The notes below the pieces were generated by a model. It ran no database searches. It was not told where the DNA came from and was given only the letters and a program-made list of their open reading frames with translations. This document shows positions 18,960 through 28,251 of a stretch of 64,000 bases of DNA, piece by piece. The first letter of the stretch is position 1; every line of letters begins with the position of its first letter. The DNA is from an uncultured Thermotogae bacterium (lineage in GTDB: Bacteria > Bipolaricaulota > Bipolaricaulia > UBA7950 > UBA9294): assembly GCA_964582285.1 (NCBI GenBank), contig CAZORQ010000006.1, positions 14,086 through 78,085 of the forward strand. The letters are read 5' to 3'. The translations under genes and the position numbers were made by a program.

Positions 18960-20609
18960 ATGTCGGGGGACCACCCCGAAGGTGTGATATTCGACGAGCC
19001 TGCTGGCGTCTATCGATCGAGCGACAGCGGAGCCACATGGTCCCAGATCCTCGAGACCTGGCCAAGTTGCCGTTCGGTACGCGTTCATCCCGACAACCCG
19101 GATCTGGTGTTTGCCGTCGATCTTGTTGATGGCCTGCTCGTCAGCCGCGATGCGGGAGCCACGTGGGCGAAGGAAAACGAGGCGATTGAGACCGTCGTCC
19201 CAACGTCACTCGTGGTCTCTGGAGAACACCTGTACATCGGGACGCAGGGCTGCGGCGTCTGGAGCGCCGATCTCTCCGTCTCGAGCGGAACGTTCTCATG
19301 GTGCGTCGAGCGAAGCAATCGCCCTGTACCCGCAGTGCACAGCGCGGAAATCCAAGTCGACCCGAACAACCCGAGCACTCTGTTCGTCGCCGCCAATCCT
19401 GGAGGCCTGATGCGGTCCACCGACGGAGGCGTGACATGGCGCGACCGAAACGGGATCAACCCCAGCGTCATTGTGGATGACCCGCTTCGCCAAGGCTACT
19501 ACGCGTTCGCCATCGACCCGACCAACGCCAATGAGATGTGGCTTGGAACATGGGGAAAGGGGATCTACCGATCACATGATGCGATGCTGCTCAACTACCC
19601 CGTGTTCGGCAGCGATCGCGAGATGCTGGGGATCGACATCTACCAGATCGTCCTCGACCCTTGTGACCCATCGCATGTCTACGTTGCAAGCGAGCAAGGC
19701 GTGTACTACACGCAGGATGATGGTATGACATGGAAACCGCTTCGTGCAGGGCTGCCCACCACGCAGGTTCGCACCTTGGCGTTCACCGCGGCCGGCCGCC
19801 TATTGGCTGGCACGCTTGGCTACGGGGTTTTCGCATGGGATACGCGTCGCGCCATGTGGGAGCCTCTCCAGGAGTTCCGCGAGTTCGGGACGTTCTGGCC
19901 GATGTGGGCTGGACGTCCGTTGTACCAGTACTCAACGCTGCTCATCGATCCAACCGACTCAGATACGATGTACGTCGGAACGTTCCCCGCCGGGATCTAC
20001 AAGACGGTAGACGGCGGCGAGCATTGGCTGGAGAAGAACGTCGGTTGGACGAACGACGGCGTATTCTGCCTGGCTTTCCATCCCGAGACCTCGGACATCG
20101 TCTACGCGGGAACGTACAACGGAGTCAATCGATCGGTGGACGGTGGGGAACACTGGGAGCTGTGGGATGTCGGCTGGCCGCCGGAGCAATGGGTCTTCCA
20201 TATCGCGTTCGATCCGATCGATGCTTCGATCATGTACGCGTGCTCGAAGAACGGCGAGAATGAGGGAGAGGGCCGCCGTGGATTCCACGGCACGGTGATG
20301 AAGTCGATCGATGGCGGGGCACATTGGGCTCCGATCACTACGGGCCTCAACCCAGATCAGGAGTTCCTCAGGATTCTCGTCGACCCGATCGATCGCGATA
20401 CGCTCTACCTCGCGACATCGTCTCAAGGGATCTGGATCAGTCGCGATGCAGGATCATCCTGGCGCGAGTGGAACGAAGGGCTCGACGCACGCGAAGCAGG
20501 AACCAACGGAAACAACGTCGCCAATGTGCTCACGTTCTCCGCAGACGAAAACACGCTGTACTTCGGCACGCTCGGCGGCGGCGTGTGGAAGCGGACCGTC
20601 AATCGGTAG
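18960..20609 (+). CDS. BNR/Asp-box repeat protein, C-terminal 549 aa (same frame as 16548..18917)
   Basis: 8 further Asp-boxes (SSDSGATW ... SRDAGSSW). There is no RBS before ATG 18960. The frame is continuous with the upstream ORF apart from TAG 18915-18917. Confidence 0.7.
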   Translation: MSGDHPEGVIFDEPAGVYRSSDSGATWSQILETWPSCRSVRVHPDNPDLVFAVDLVDGLLVSRDAGATWAKENEAIETVVPTSLVVSGEHLYIGTQGCGVWSADLSVSSGTFSWCVERSNRPVPAVHSAEIQVDPNNPSTLFVAANPGGLMRSTDGGVTWRDRNGINPSVIVDDPLRQGYYAFAIDPTNANEMWLGTWGKGIYRSHDAMLLNYPVFGSDREMLGIDIYQIVLDPCDPSHVYVASEQGVYYTQDDGMTWKPLRAGLPTTQVRTLAFTAAGRLLAGTLGYGVFAWDTRRAMWEPLQEFREFGTFWPMWAGRPLYQYSTLLIDPTDSDTMYVGTFPAGIYKTVDGGEHWLEKNVGWTNDGVFCLAFHPETSDIVYAGTYNGVNRSVDGGEHWELWDVGWPPEQWVFHIAFDPIDASIMYACSKNGENEGEGRRGFHGTVMKSIDGGAHWAPITTGLNPDQEFLRILVDPIDRDTLYLATSSQGIWISRDAGSSWREWNEGLDAREAGTNGNNVANVLTFSADENTLYFGTLGGGVWKRTVNR

Positions 20610-20641
20610 AATGAGACCATCTCCTGCAGTGAGGTGGATCG

Positions 20642-20968
20642 ATGCGCTTCTTCAAGATCGATGAGCTGCCGAAGACGCCGATGCTTCCTGGAATCGAGCG
20701 GTGCGCGGTCTGGTTGGACGATGTCATGCTGACATTCTTCACGTTCGAGCCTCATTCGGTCATCCCCGAGCACGCTCACCCCAACGAGCAGATCACACTG
20801 GTCACCAAGGGCGCCATGGACTTCATGATGGGTGGTGAAACACGCCGGATAGGCGCCGGAGAGGGGGTTTGCATCCCGCCGGACACGCCTCATCGTGCCG
20901 TCATCCTTGATGAGCCAACCGAGGCGGTCGATGCATGGAGTCCGCCACGCGACGATTACAAGACCTAG
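20642..20968 (+). CDS. cupin-domain protein
   Basis: 108 aa. Cupin motifs PEHAHPNEQITLVTKG and GEGVCIPPDTPH. GAGGTGG RBS. Confidence 0.8.
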   Translation: MRFFKIDELPKTPMLPGIERCAVWLDDVMLTFFTFEPHSVIPEHAHPNEQITLVTKGAMDFMMGGETRRIGAGEGVCIPPDTPHRAVILDEPTEAVDAWSPPRDDYKT

Positions 20969-21001
20969 CCATTGCTGCCAGCAAGCGGAGCGTTCCGACG
21001 G

Positions 21002-21030
21002 TTGACAGTCCACTCGAGACGTAGTACGGT
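21002..21030 (+). promoter_or_regulatory. candidate sigma70-type promoter for trpB2
   Basis: TTGACA (21002-21007), a 17-nt spacer, then TACGGT (21025-21030). This would give a ~185-nt leader. Confidence 0.3.
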
Positions 21031-21216
21031 ATGCCATTCCAGGGGAGGAAGAACATGAACAGAAGGAGGTCTGTTTGGCTCGGATAGAGCCGTAGCTGTT
21101 CACGTCTCGTTCTCCCCGTCGCGTTTGTCCATCCCGCCCATCAAGTCTTGGTGGCGACCTTTCGTTTGACGTCGTGTCGTTAGATTCACAGCAGCAAGCA
21201 AGCGAAAGGAGACCCA

Positions 21217-22569
21217 TTGAAGACGCTATTCCATCTCGATCAGAACGATTTGCCCACACGATGGTACAACGTACTCGCCGACCTTCAGACGCCGCTCGAT
21301 CCACCCTTGCATCCGGGAACCAAGCAGCCGATGGCGCCGGAGGAGCTGAGCGCTCTCTTCCCGCGGGCCTGCATCGAACAGGAGATGTCCACCGACCGGT
21401 TCATCGACATTCCCGAACCGGTGCTCGATGTGTATCGGCGATGGCGGCCGACCCCATTGCAGCGGGCAATCCATCTCGAACGGGCGCTCGAGACGCCGGC
21501 TCACATCTACTTCAAGTATGAGGGAGCCAGCCCGACGGGCTCGCACAAGACAAACACGGCCGTCGCCCAGGCCTACTACAACGCGCAGGAGGGAAATCGG
21601 AGCCTGACCACAGAGACTGGAGCGGGGCAATGGGGAAGCGCGCTATCCTTCTCCTGCCAGCTGTTCGGCCTCGCATGCAAAGTGTTCATGGTTCGGATTT
21701 CCTACGACCAGAAGCCGTACCGGCGGTCGATGATCCGGGCATTTGGCGCGGAGATTCACCCGTCGCCATCGAGACAGACAGAGGCAGGTCGGGCAGTGCT
21801 TGAGAAGGATCCCGACTCGTCTGGTTCCCTCGGCATCGCGATCTCCGAGGCGATCGAAGCTGCGATGACTCAGCAAGGGACCAAGTACTCCCTCGGCTCA
21901 GTCCTCAACCATGTGCTGCTTCACCAGACGGTCATCGGGCTTGAGGCCCAGCGACAGATGGAGATGGCGGGCGAGAGCCCGGATGTCGTTGTCGGATGCG
22001 TTGGCGGCGGATCGAATTTCGGAGGGATCGCACTGCCATTCTACTGCGATGCGCTCAAGCGACAGCGCCAGGTGGAATTCGTCGCTGTCGAACCTACCGT
22101 CTGCCCGACGCTGACCGCCGGAGAGTATCGGTATGACTTCGGGGATACCGCGATGACGACGCCACTACTGAAGATGCACACCCTCGGCCACGATTTCGTT
22201 CCACCGCCAATTCACGCGGGTGGACTACGCTACCACGGAATGGCTCCGATTATCAGTCGGTTGGTCAAGGATGGTGTGATCTGCCCCGTAGCGTTCGACC
22301 AGGTCGACGTCTTCGAAAGCGCCGTGCTGTTTGCTCGTACGGAGGGCATCATTCCTGCGCCGGAAACGGCTCACGCGGTCCATGCAGCGGTTCGGCTCGC
22401 ACGCGAATGCGCCCATCGCGGAGAAGAACGGGTCATCCTGATCGGCTTCTCAGGACACGGTCACTTCGACATGTCCGCATACGATGCGTTCCTCGGTGGC
22501 AGGCTGGTCGTTTCAGGGAGTGCCCCCAGCACGCTGTTTGACACGTGTACTAGCCGCTTGTTCTGCTAG
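21217..22569 (+). CDS. trpB: TrpB-like PLP-dependent enzyme (tryptophan synthase beta, TrpB2 type)
   Basis: TTG start with AAGGAG RBS. 450 aa. [12 protein letters not shown]...[12 protein letters not shown]...[25 protein letters not shown] with the PLP-lysine context. Confidence 0.9.
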   Translation: MKTLFHLDQNDLPTRWYNVLADLQTPLDPPLHPGTKQPMAPEELSALFPRACIEQEMSTDRFIDIPEPVLDVYRRWRPTPLQRAIHLERALETPAHIYFKYEGASPTGSHKTNTAVAQAYYNAQEGNRSLTTETGAGQWGSALSFSCQLFGLACKVFMVRISYDQKPYRRSMIRAFGAEIHPSPSRQTEAGRAVLEKDPDSSGSLGIAISEAIEAAMTQQGTKYSLGSVLNHVLLHQTVIGLEAQRQMEMAGESPDVVVGCVGGGSNFGGIALPFYCDALKRQRQVEFVAVEPTVCPTLTAGEYRYDFGDTAMTTPLLKMHTLGHDFVPPPIHAGGLRYHGMAPIISRLVKDGVICPVAFDQVDVFESAVLFARTEGIIPAPETAHAVHAAVRLARECAHRGEERVILIGFSGHGHFDMSAYDAFLGGRLVVSGSAPSTLFDTCTSRLFC

Positions 22570-22577
22570 TGAAATGG

Positions 22578-22607
22578 CAGCGGCCGGCCCCCGATCACCG
22601 GCCGCTG
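22578..22607. terminator. stem-loop between convergent trpB2 and the DUF2087 gene
   Basis: Perfect 10-bp GC-rich stem CAGCGGCCGG / CCGGCCGCTG with a 10-nt loop, 9 nt after the trpB2 stop. Weak T-tract (TCTTCC). Confidence 0.55.
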
Positions 22608-22658
22608 TCTTCCTGCTGTTCCCTCCATGGCGACCATGTGGGAATGACATCGTTCCTG

Positions 22659-22979
22659 TCAACCGCACAACCTTTCCCCAGCTGCCGGATCCTCCGTTCG
22701 CCAGTAGTCACCGCCACCCCCTTGGCGGTGCAGGTAGCCGAACTCAAACAACTCGCGACGGAGCGTCGCACAGTCTGGATGGTGCTTTCGGAGGATGCGA
22801 TTCACCTCGGCCTCTGGATAGAGAATCCCCGGCTCAAACCGCTGCTTTAGCCACCGCAGTATGACATCTCGCTTCTTGCGCTTCGCGGGGATCCGTGTGA
22901 GCTCTTCCCCATTCAGAAACGTGTCAAGCACCTTCTCCTCCTGAGCCGACCATTCAGGTGTCATGGGTCCATCGTACAC
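22659..22979 (-). CDS. DUF2087-domain protein
   Basis: 106 aa. RIPAKRKKRDVILRWLKQRFEPGILYPEAEVNRILRKHHPDCATLRRELFEFGYL matches DUF2087. The start (GTG 22979 or ATG 22964) is uncertain and has no clear RBS. Confidence 0.7.
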   Translation of the reverse strand: MYDGPMTPEWSAQEEKVLDTFLNGEELTRIPAKRKKRDVILRWLKQRFEPGILYPEAEVNRILRKHHPDCATLRRELFEFGYLHRQGGGGDYWRTEDPAAGERLCG

Positions 22980-23257
22980 GGAAGCGAGCGTGGCGATTTT
23001 CTACTGGGAAGCCCATCCATTGGATCGGCCGGGGATCCGTCCACTGTGACTCCGCACTTCCCGCTCTCTCCCCAATCGGCGAGCATCTCGGATCGTCTGA
23101 GGCTTTGACATGGGGGCCCTTTCGCGCCGAAGGCCAATTGGATTAACGCTTTCACACCCATCCCACCCGCTATTCACAGACTGCTCACAACACAGGCATA
23201 TCGTCGCGCAGGCAAGTTTAACGTACCTCCTTGCCAGAGCCAGTCTTCCGTGACGAC

Positions 23258-23281
23258 AAGAGGCCCCTTACGGGGCCTCTT
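23258..23281 (-). terminator. stem-loop downstream of the PKD-domain gene
   Basis: AAGAGGCCCC-TTAC-GGGGCCTCTT: a perfect 10-bp stem with a tetraloop, 33 nt past the stop at 23314. No U-tract. Confidence 0.5.
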
Positions 23282-23313
23282 GTTCACTGCATCGATGCTG
23301 CACGACAAACGTG

Positions 23314-24297
23314 CTACATTCCGTCGCGATTCACAATTGCAAGTCGGATTTGGTCATAGCTTCGTCCCCCAGAGCTATCGTGGACGGCAAGCGTGATCGT
23401 TGCCGTTTCGCCATCGCGGCGATGGCTTTCCGGGGCATGGTAGATCGGCTGCAATGTGTCCGCTCCCTCAAGCCACCCCTTGTTCACTGACCAAGTGAAG
23501 CACACAGACAGGCAAGCCGGATTGCTGATGTATCCGCTGATCGGCACTGCACTTCCCTCGTTGATCACCGAGTGGTAGTGTCTGTGGATGCGGGGTTTTG
23601 CCCGATCACGTGGGTGTTCGGGTTGAGGGGCAAACGGCCAATTCCAGCCCCACCCGCCTTCGCAACCATCCGTACTGCATGGGCAGGGAACCGGAGCCTC
23701 TGGACAACCGTCGGGGACCGGGGCGCTCGAGACGCATGGTGAGGAGCAAGCTTCTGCAGGCCGTGCGGGGCATGTTGCCTCGTCGCCCACATACCTGCAT
23801 GGATCGATCTGGGTCACGAAGCATCCGCCAGCATCGTAGGTTTCTGTGGGGCAATTGAGCGGATCCTGGACCGATAGAACCATGGAATCGCTAGCGCTCA
23901 TTCCGTTCGCACCAGTTGCCGTAAGGGTCAGGATGACCGTCTCTTGACAGTCACACGCAGATGGAGCGGTGTACAACGTCGCTGGGCTGTGCGCGTTTTC
24001 GAAGAACCCAATGCCCCCTTCGGCTGTCCACCGGTAGGTCACAGCGCCTCCGCCCAGTCCGTGACCCTCTCCACTGAGCTGTACCGTTTCCCTTTCACGA
24101 ACCGCCCGATCCGGTCCGGCATGGACCACCGGAGCACCGTACACCTGCGACACAGGCTCCACGCCAATTGGCGTAGAACTCGTCTGATTCGCAGGCGAGG
24201 GTTCGATCATTGGCTCTGCCGATCCCCACAAGAGCAATGCAATCACAACAGCGGCTCCAGCCGCCAGTAGAATCCACATGGTCGAGCTGCTACTCAT
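23314..24297 (-). CDS. membrane-anchored extracellular protein with two PKD/Ig-like domains and a Cys-rich linker
   Basis: Preferred start ATG 24297 (GGAGGTG RBS) gives MSSSSTMWILLAAGAAVVIALLLWG as a TM anchor. HAGPDRAV...VTYRWTA...TLTATGANG is PKD-like. A central ~70-aa stretch is rich in Cys and Pro. Confidence 0.7.
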   Translation of the reverse strand: MSSSSTMWILLAAGAAVVIALLLWGSAEPMIEPSPANQTSSTPIGVEPVSQVYGAPVVHAGPDRAVRERETVQLSGEGHGLGGGAVTYRWTAEGGIGFFENAHSPATLYTAPSACDCQETVILTLTATGANGMSASDSMVLSVQDPLNCPTETYDAGGCFVTQIDPCRYVGDEATCPARPAEACSSPCVSSAPVPDGCPEAPVPCPCSTDGCEGGWGWNWPFAPQPEHPRDRAKPRIHRHYHSVINEGSAVPISGYISNPACLSVCFTWSVNKGWLEGADTLQPIYHAPESHRRDGETATITLAVHDSSGGRSYDQIRLAIVNRDGM

Positions 24298-24571
24298 CGC
24301 CTCACACCTCCCCCAGCGGGGACCAGGACAAGCTCCACTGAGCCTTCCAAGAGAGGCAGTCCAAACAAAGACCGCCTTCGACAAACTACCCTCTGTCTCC
24401 AACGCGGGTCAATACCTGTGTCTCTCGGCCATCCCCCATTTGATCCGATTCGACACGACAGAAGCACTCCTACGATACACCGTGGCAGTGAATCGGGACA
24501 TCCCAACGGCCTCACAGTTTGGCTCAGGCAACGCATTGATAGACAACAACCCGGTCACTATGCTCTGATGC

Positions 24572-25417
24572 ATGACAGTCGGGAAGCTATTCTTGGTGGC
24601 ACTCCCCATCGGGAACATGGAAGACATTACCATCCGGGCAATCCGTACGCTCCGCACAGTGAGCGGGATTCTCGCCGAGGACACAAGGACTACGAGGAAG
24701 ATCCTCGATCGATACCGAATCGCGACACCGTTCTTCTCGAGCGTTTTCCAGGGTGGAGAACGTCAAAGAGCCCGTTGGCTCGTTGAGCAGCTCCGCTCTG
24801 GAAAGATGCTCGCTCTTGTCAGCGATGCCGGAACTCCTTTGATCAACGATCCCGGGTTCTTTCTGGTTCGCACAGCAATCGCAGCGGGGATACCCGTGGT
24901 CCCAATCCCTGGTCCGTCCGCTTCAATCGCCGGATTGATCGCCTCAGGAATGCCTCCGGACCGGTTCTGTTTCGAGGGTGCTGTTCCTAGAAAGAGCGGC
25001 GAGAGAACCACGCTGTTTGAGCAACTCCGTCACGAGCCGCGAACGACGATCCTGTTCGAGTCTCCGCATCGCTTGCTTGCGACACTTCGCGATCTGGCGA
25101 TGGTTCTCCCTGATCGAAACATCACGCTGGCCCGCGAACTGACGAAGCATCACGAGGAGTTCCTCCGCGGTCATCCAGAAGAACTCCTTCGAACGATGTC
25201 CTCCCGTGACCAAGTACGAGGGGAGTACGTTCTCGTGCTTGCAGGCGGCGGCACGGAGACACCCGACCAGAAACGAATCGAAGAGGTGCTGAACCTACTG
25301 CAGGAGGCCGGACTGGCCAACAAATCGATCGTCCAGGTTCTCGTCGCCGCATTCGGGCTGGCGCGCAACGCGGCGTATTCATTCGTGCACAATCAGGACG
25401 GGATCCCCGCGGACTAG
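24572..25417 (+). CDS. rsmI: 16S rRNA (cytidine1402-2'-O)-methyltransferase
   Basis: 281 aa. GKLFLVALPIGNMEDITIRAIRTLRTVSGILAEDTRTTRKIL...SDAGTPLINDPG is typical of RsmI. Confidence 0.9.
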   Translation: MTVGKLFLVALPIGNMEDITIRAIRTLRTVSGILAEDTRTTRKILDRYRIATPFFSSVFQGGERQRARWLVEQLRSGKMLALVSDAGTPLINDPGFFLVRTAIAAGIPVVPIPGPSASIAGLIASGMPPDRFCFEGAVPRKSGERTTLFEQLRHEPRTTILFESPHRLLATLRDLAMVLPDRNITLARELTKHHEEFLRGHPEELLRTMSSRDQVRGEYVLVLAGGGTETPDQKRIEEVLNLLQEAGLANKSIVQVLVAAFGLARNAAYSFVHNQDGIPAD

Positions 25418-25893
25418 GTGTGCTTGTCTGCAACCGCTGAAGCGGCGTAGGCATGCGGCTTGATCCGAACCGCAAGCCCGTTGCCCATAATCATCCCGAC
25501 GACTTCGTCGATCAGCTCCTTGGTCCGCCCGTTCTCTCCGATATCGACGTGGATCTCCAGATCGAACTGGAGGAACGAGACTGCGCCGAGACGTTCGATG
25601 ACGTGTTGTGCAAGTTCGAACGACAACCAGGCCTCGCGCCAGATTTGTTGCCGCAAGGAAGGCGAGCGTCGCTCTCGACGGCGAGCCCAGAAGTAGCGAC
25701 CTCCCCGTCCGATGTTGTGGAGGACGATCGCGCTGACGAGATCAAGATGGTTCGGCGTCGTCGATGAATCGGTCCCGATCAGGATCTCGAATCGATCCTT
25801 CGGGTGTTCCTTCATCTCTCTGACAAGCGTCGAGATCACCTCGGTGAAGGTCATCTCACCGTCGTGTGGATTGTGGAACGGCTGGTTCAACAT
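25414..25893 (-). CDS. YkuK-like RNase H-fold protein (DUF458)
   Basis: Start ATG 25893 avoids overlap with the kinase gene. FHNPHDGEMTFTEV...FEILIGTDSS...LVSAIVLHNIGRGGRYFW matches the YkuK/DUF458 pattern. Confidence 0.7.
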   Translation of the reverse strand: MLNQPFHNPHDGEMTFTEVISTLVREMKEHPKDRFEILIGTDSSTTPNHLDLVSAIVLHNIGRGGRYFWARRRERRSPSLRQQIWREAWLSFELAQHVIERLGAVSFLQFDLEIHVDIGENGRTKELIDEVVGMIMGNGLAVRIKPHAYAASAVADKHT

Positions 25894-25924
25894 GCTCCAT
25901 CGTAGCGGATGCAGTGTCACATCA

Positions 25925-27325
25925 TCAAGACATCGGTATCCGCAGGACGAATCGGGCGCCGCCTCCCTTTCGGTTCTCCGCTCGGATTGCGCCTCCGTGT
26001 GCCTCGACCCACTGCCGCACAATGGCAAGGCCCAAGCCGCTTCCCCCCGTACGTCCTCTCGCGGGGTCGCCCCGGTAGAACCGCTCGAACAGGTGCGGCA
26101 GGTCCTTTTCGGAGATGCCGGGACCGGTGTCCGAAACGCTCAATTCGATCGAACCGTCCATCCGCCGCACCCGCACGCAGATTTCGCCGTCTGCCGGTGT
26201 GTAGATCAGCGCGTTGCTCAACAGGTTGGCGAGCACCTGTCTGAATCGCTTCGGGTCAAGGGATACGGGAGGGATCCCCCCGTCGACATCGACCCGGACC
26301 GTCGGCGATTGGTCGACTGACGCTCCGGCGCTCTCGCTAACCTGCCGGACAAGCTCGCCGACGTCGGTCGCCTCCTTGGTTAGGCGCAGCTCGCCGGCTT
26401 CAGCCAGCGCGAGATCACGAAGGTCATCAATCAGACTCCCCAGATGGAGTGTCTCCTCGTAGATTGGCGCAATCGTTTCATTCGATGCGTCGTAGATCCC
26501 GTCAAGGATCGCCTCAAGCGTCCCTTGGATGATCGTCACCGGTGTACGAAGCTCGTGAGCGATGTCAGCGGTCATCGTCCGACGTAGCGTCTCCGACCGG
26601 CGAAGCCCTTCAACCATATGAGTGAACGATGAGCCAAGCTGTCCCAGCTCGTCACGCGATTTGAGCCGGATCTCCTCCGAGAGATCCCCCTCCGCGATCC
26701 GCTCGGTCGCCCGCGTCAGCACGCGCAACGGCGATAGGATCTGTGCGATCAGCAAGAACGACAGGACAAGTGCCACGCCAATCGCGATGCCACCACCAAG
26801 CAGCGCAGATCGGGTCACTGTCGACAGGAATGCCTGCTCCGATCGACTCAGATCGGTAACCTCTCGGACGAGCAGTGTCCCTTCGCGCTGCTCGTTGACA
26901 ACGAGCGGGATCCCTTGAGAGAGGTCCTCTTCCGTCGCCCATCGCCGCTGATTCTCGTCGGACTCGTGGCTGTTCAGCCACGTCAAATCCGTCGCGGCAA
27001 TAACCCGTCCGTCTCGATCGAAAAGCACAAGCGGAACCTGGAAGATCGCCACGCTGCCCTCGAGGCTTTGCACACCCAGCGGCACGACAATGTGCTGATA
27101 GAGCACCCTTTCCGCGACTCCAACCCATCCCCCCTCTCGATCCCGGTATGCCGTAAGCAGTGCTGCGATCTCCGAGGCGGAATTCTCACGGCTGGTCCGT
27201 CGATACTGGTCGAACTGGCGCATGATCGACTGCGTGGTTAGCAGGTAGACCAACGTAACGGCAAGCATGATCAGGACGACAAATGCAACACCGAGCTTGA
27301 GGGCAAGCGGAATCCGTCGCCTCAT
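25925..27325 (-). CDS. sensor histidine kinase (TM-sensor-TM-HAMP-HisKA-HATPase_c)
   Basis: H-box [13 protein letters not shown]-box [10 protein letters not shown]-boxes DTGPGI and [10 protein letters not shown]. Preferred start ATG 27325 (GGGAGAG RBS) lies 1 nt after the regulator stop. Confidence 0.85.
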   Translation of the reverse strand: MRRRIPLALKLGVAFVVLIMLAVTLVYLLTTQSIMRQFDQYRRTSRENSASEIAALLTAYRDREGGWVGVAERVLYQHIVVPLGVQSLEGSVAIFQVPLVLFDRDGRVIAATDLTWLNSHESDENQRRWATEEDLSQGIPLVVNEQREGTLLVREVTDLSRSEQAFLSTVTRSALLGGGIAIGVALVLSFLLIAQILSPLRVLTRATERIAEGDLSEEIRLKSRDELGQLGSSFTHMVEGLRRSETLRRTMTADIAHELRTPVTIIQGTLEAILDGIYDASNETIAPIYEETLHLGSLIDDLRDLALAEAGELRLTKEATDVGELVRQVSESAGASVDQSPTVRVDVDGGIPPVSLDPKRFRQVLANLLSNALIYTPADGEICVRVRRMDGSIELSVSDTGPGISEKDLPHLFERFYRGDPARGRTGGSGLGLAIVRQWVEAHGGAIRAENRKGGGARFVLRIPMS

Positions 27326-27326
27326 G

Positions 27327-28010
27327 CTAGCTCTCCCGGGCAAATCGGTAGCCGACACCATGAACTGTAAGGATGTACCGTGGGCTCTTCGGATCCTTTT
27401 CGATCTTGCGGCGGAGGTTTTTTACATGCGTATCGATCGTTCGGGCAAACGAGTCATACGTATACCCCTGGACCTCTCGAAGAAGCTGGAGTCGCGTGAA
27501 CACCTGTCCGGGATGGCGGGCCAGATAGGCGAGCAAGTCGAACTCAGTAGGTGTGAGCTCGACATCCTGTTCATTCGCCGTGACTTCACGCGTCTTCAGA
27601 TCGATCTCCAAACCGCTGATCACGATCCGATCGATCTCCATACCCTCACCTTCGTATCGTCTGAGGACCGCGCGAATACGGGCGACCAACTCGCGTGGGC
27701 TGAATGGTTTGACCACGTAATCGTCGGCTCCTAGTTCTAGCCCAACCACACGGTCGGCCTCTGCCGCCTTGGCGGTCAGCATGATGATTGGCACAGAGGA
27801 CTTGGAGCGAATCGAGCGAGTGACCTCGATTCCGCTTACCTTCGGGAGCATCAAGTCAAGCACGATAAGATCCGGTCCTTTGTCGTCGAACGCACGGAGA
27901 GCTTCCTCGCCATCGTACGCGGTGTAGGTCTTGAATCCCTCGCGATCGAGATATGCCTTGACCGTCCGAACGATCATCTCTTCGTCATCAACAATCAGAA
28001 TCCGTTTCAT
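27327..28010 (-). CDS. OmpR/PhoB-family response regulator
   Basis: [11 protein letters not shown]...[10 protein letters not shown] receiver domain plus a winged-helix C-terminus ([22 protein letters not shown]...VHGVGYRF). Confidence 0.9.
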   Translation of the reverse strand: MKRILIVDDEEMIVRTVKAYLDREGFKTYTAYDGEEALRAFDDKGPDLIVLDLMLPKVSGIEVTRSIRSKSSVPIIMLTAKAAEADRVVGLELGADDYVVKPFSPRELVARIRAVLRRYEGEGMEIDRIVISGLEIDLKTREVTANEQDVELTPTEFDLLAYLARHPGQVFTRLQLLREVQGYTYDSFARTIDTHVKNLRRKIEKDPKSPRYILTVHGVGYRFARES

Positions 28011-28251
28011 TGGAGCCCCATTATAGTCCGTCATCCCAGAGGACAAATAGCCCGCGTCCGTTCGACCGTGATCTTCCCATCCAGCCGAGTGGCACCCATT
28101 CTACCTTTCAGTATTGATGCCCGATTGGAAAACCGAGGTTGGAGGCGTGAGGATTCGGTGTACGCCGTCACGCTCTCGTTGTCTTCGCCATGTGACGGTA
28201 CTACTATCAGAGAAACAGGAATCTCACCGCAAAGGACCAGGGACAAGTCAT

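Noticed and set aside
20423-21304. 293-aa minus-strand ORF spanning the end of the BNR gene, the cupin gene and the trpB2 leader.
   Set aside because: It overlaps three better-supported features. Its translation is Arg/Ser/Cys-rich with no motif, and it has no RBS.
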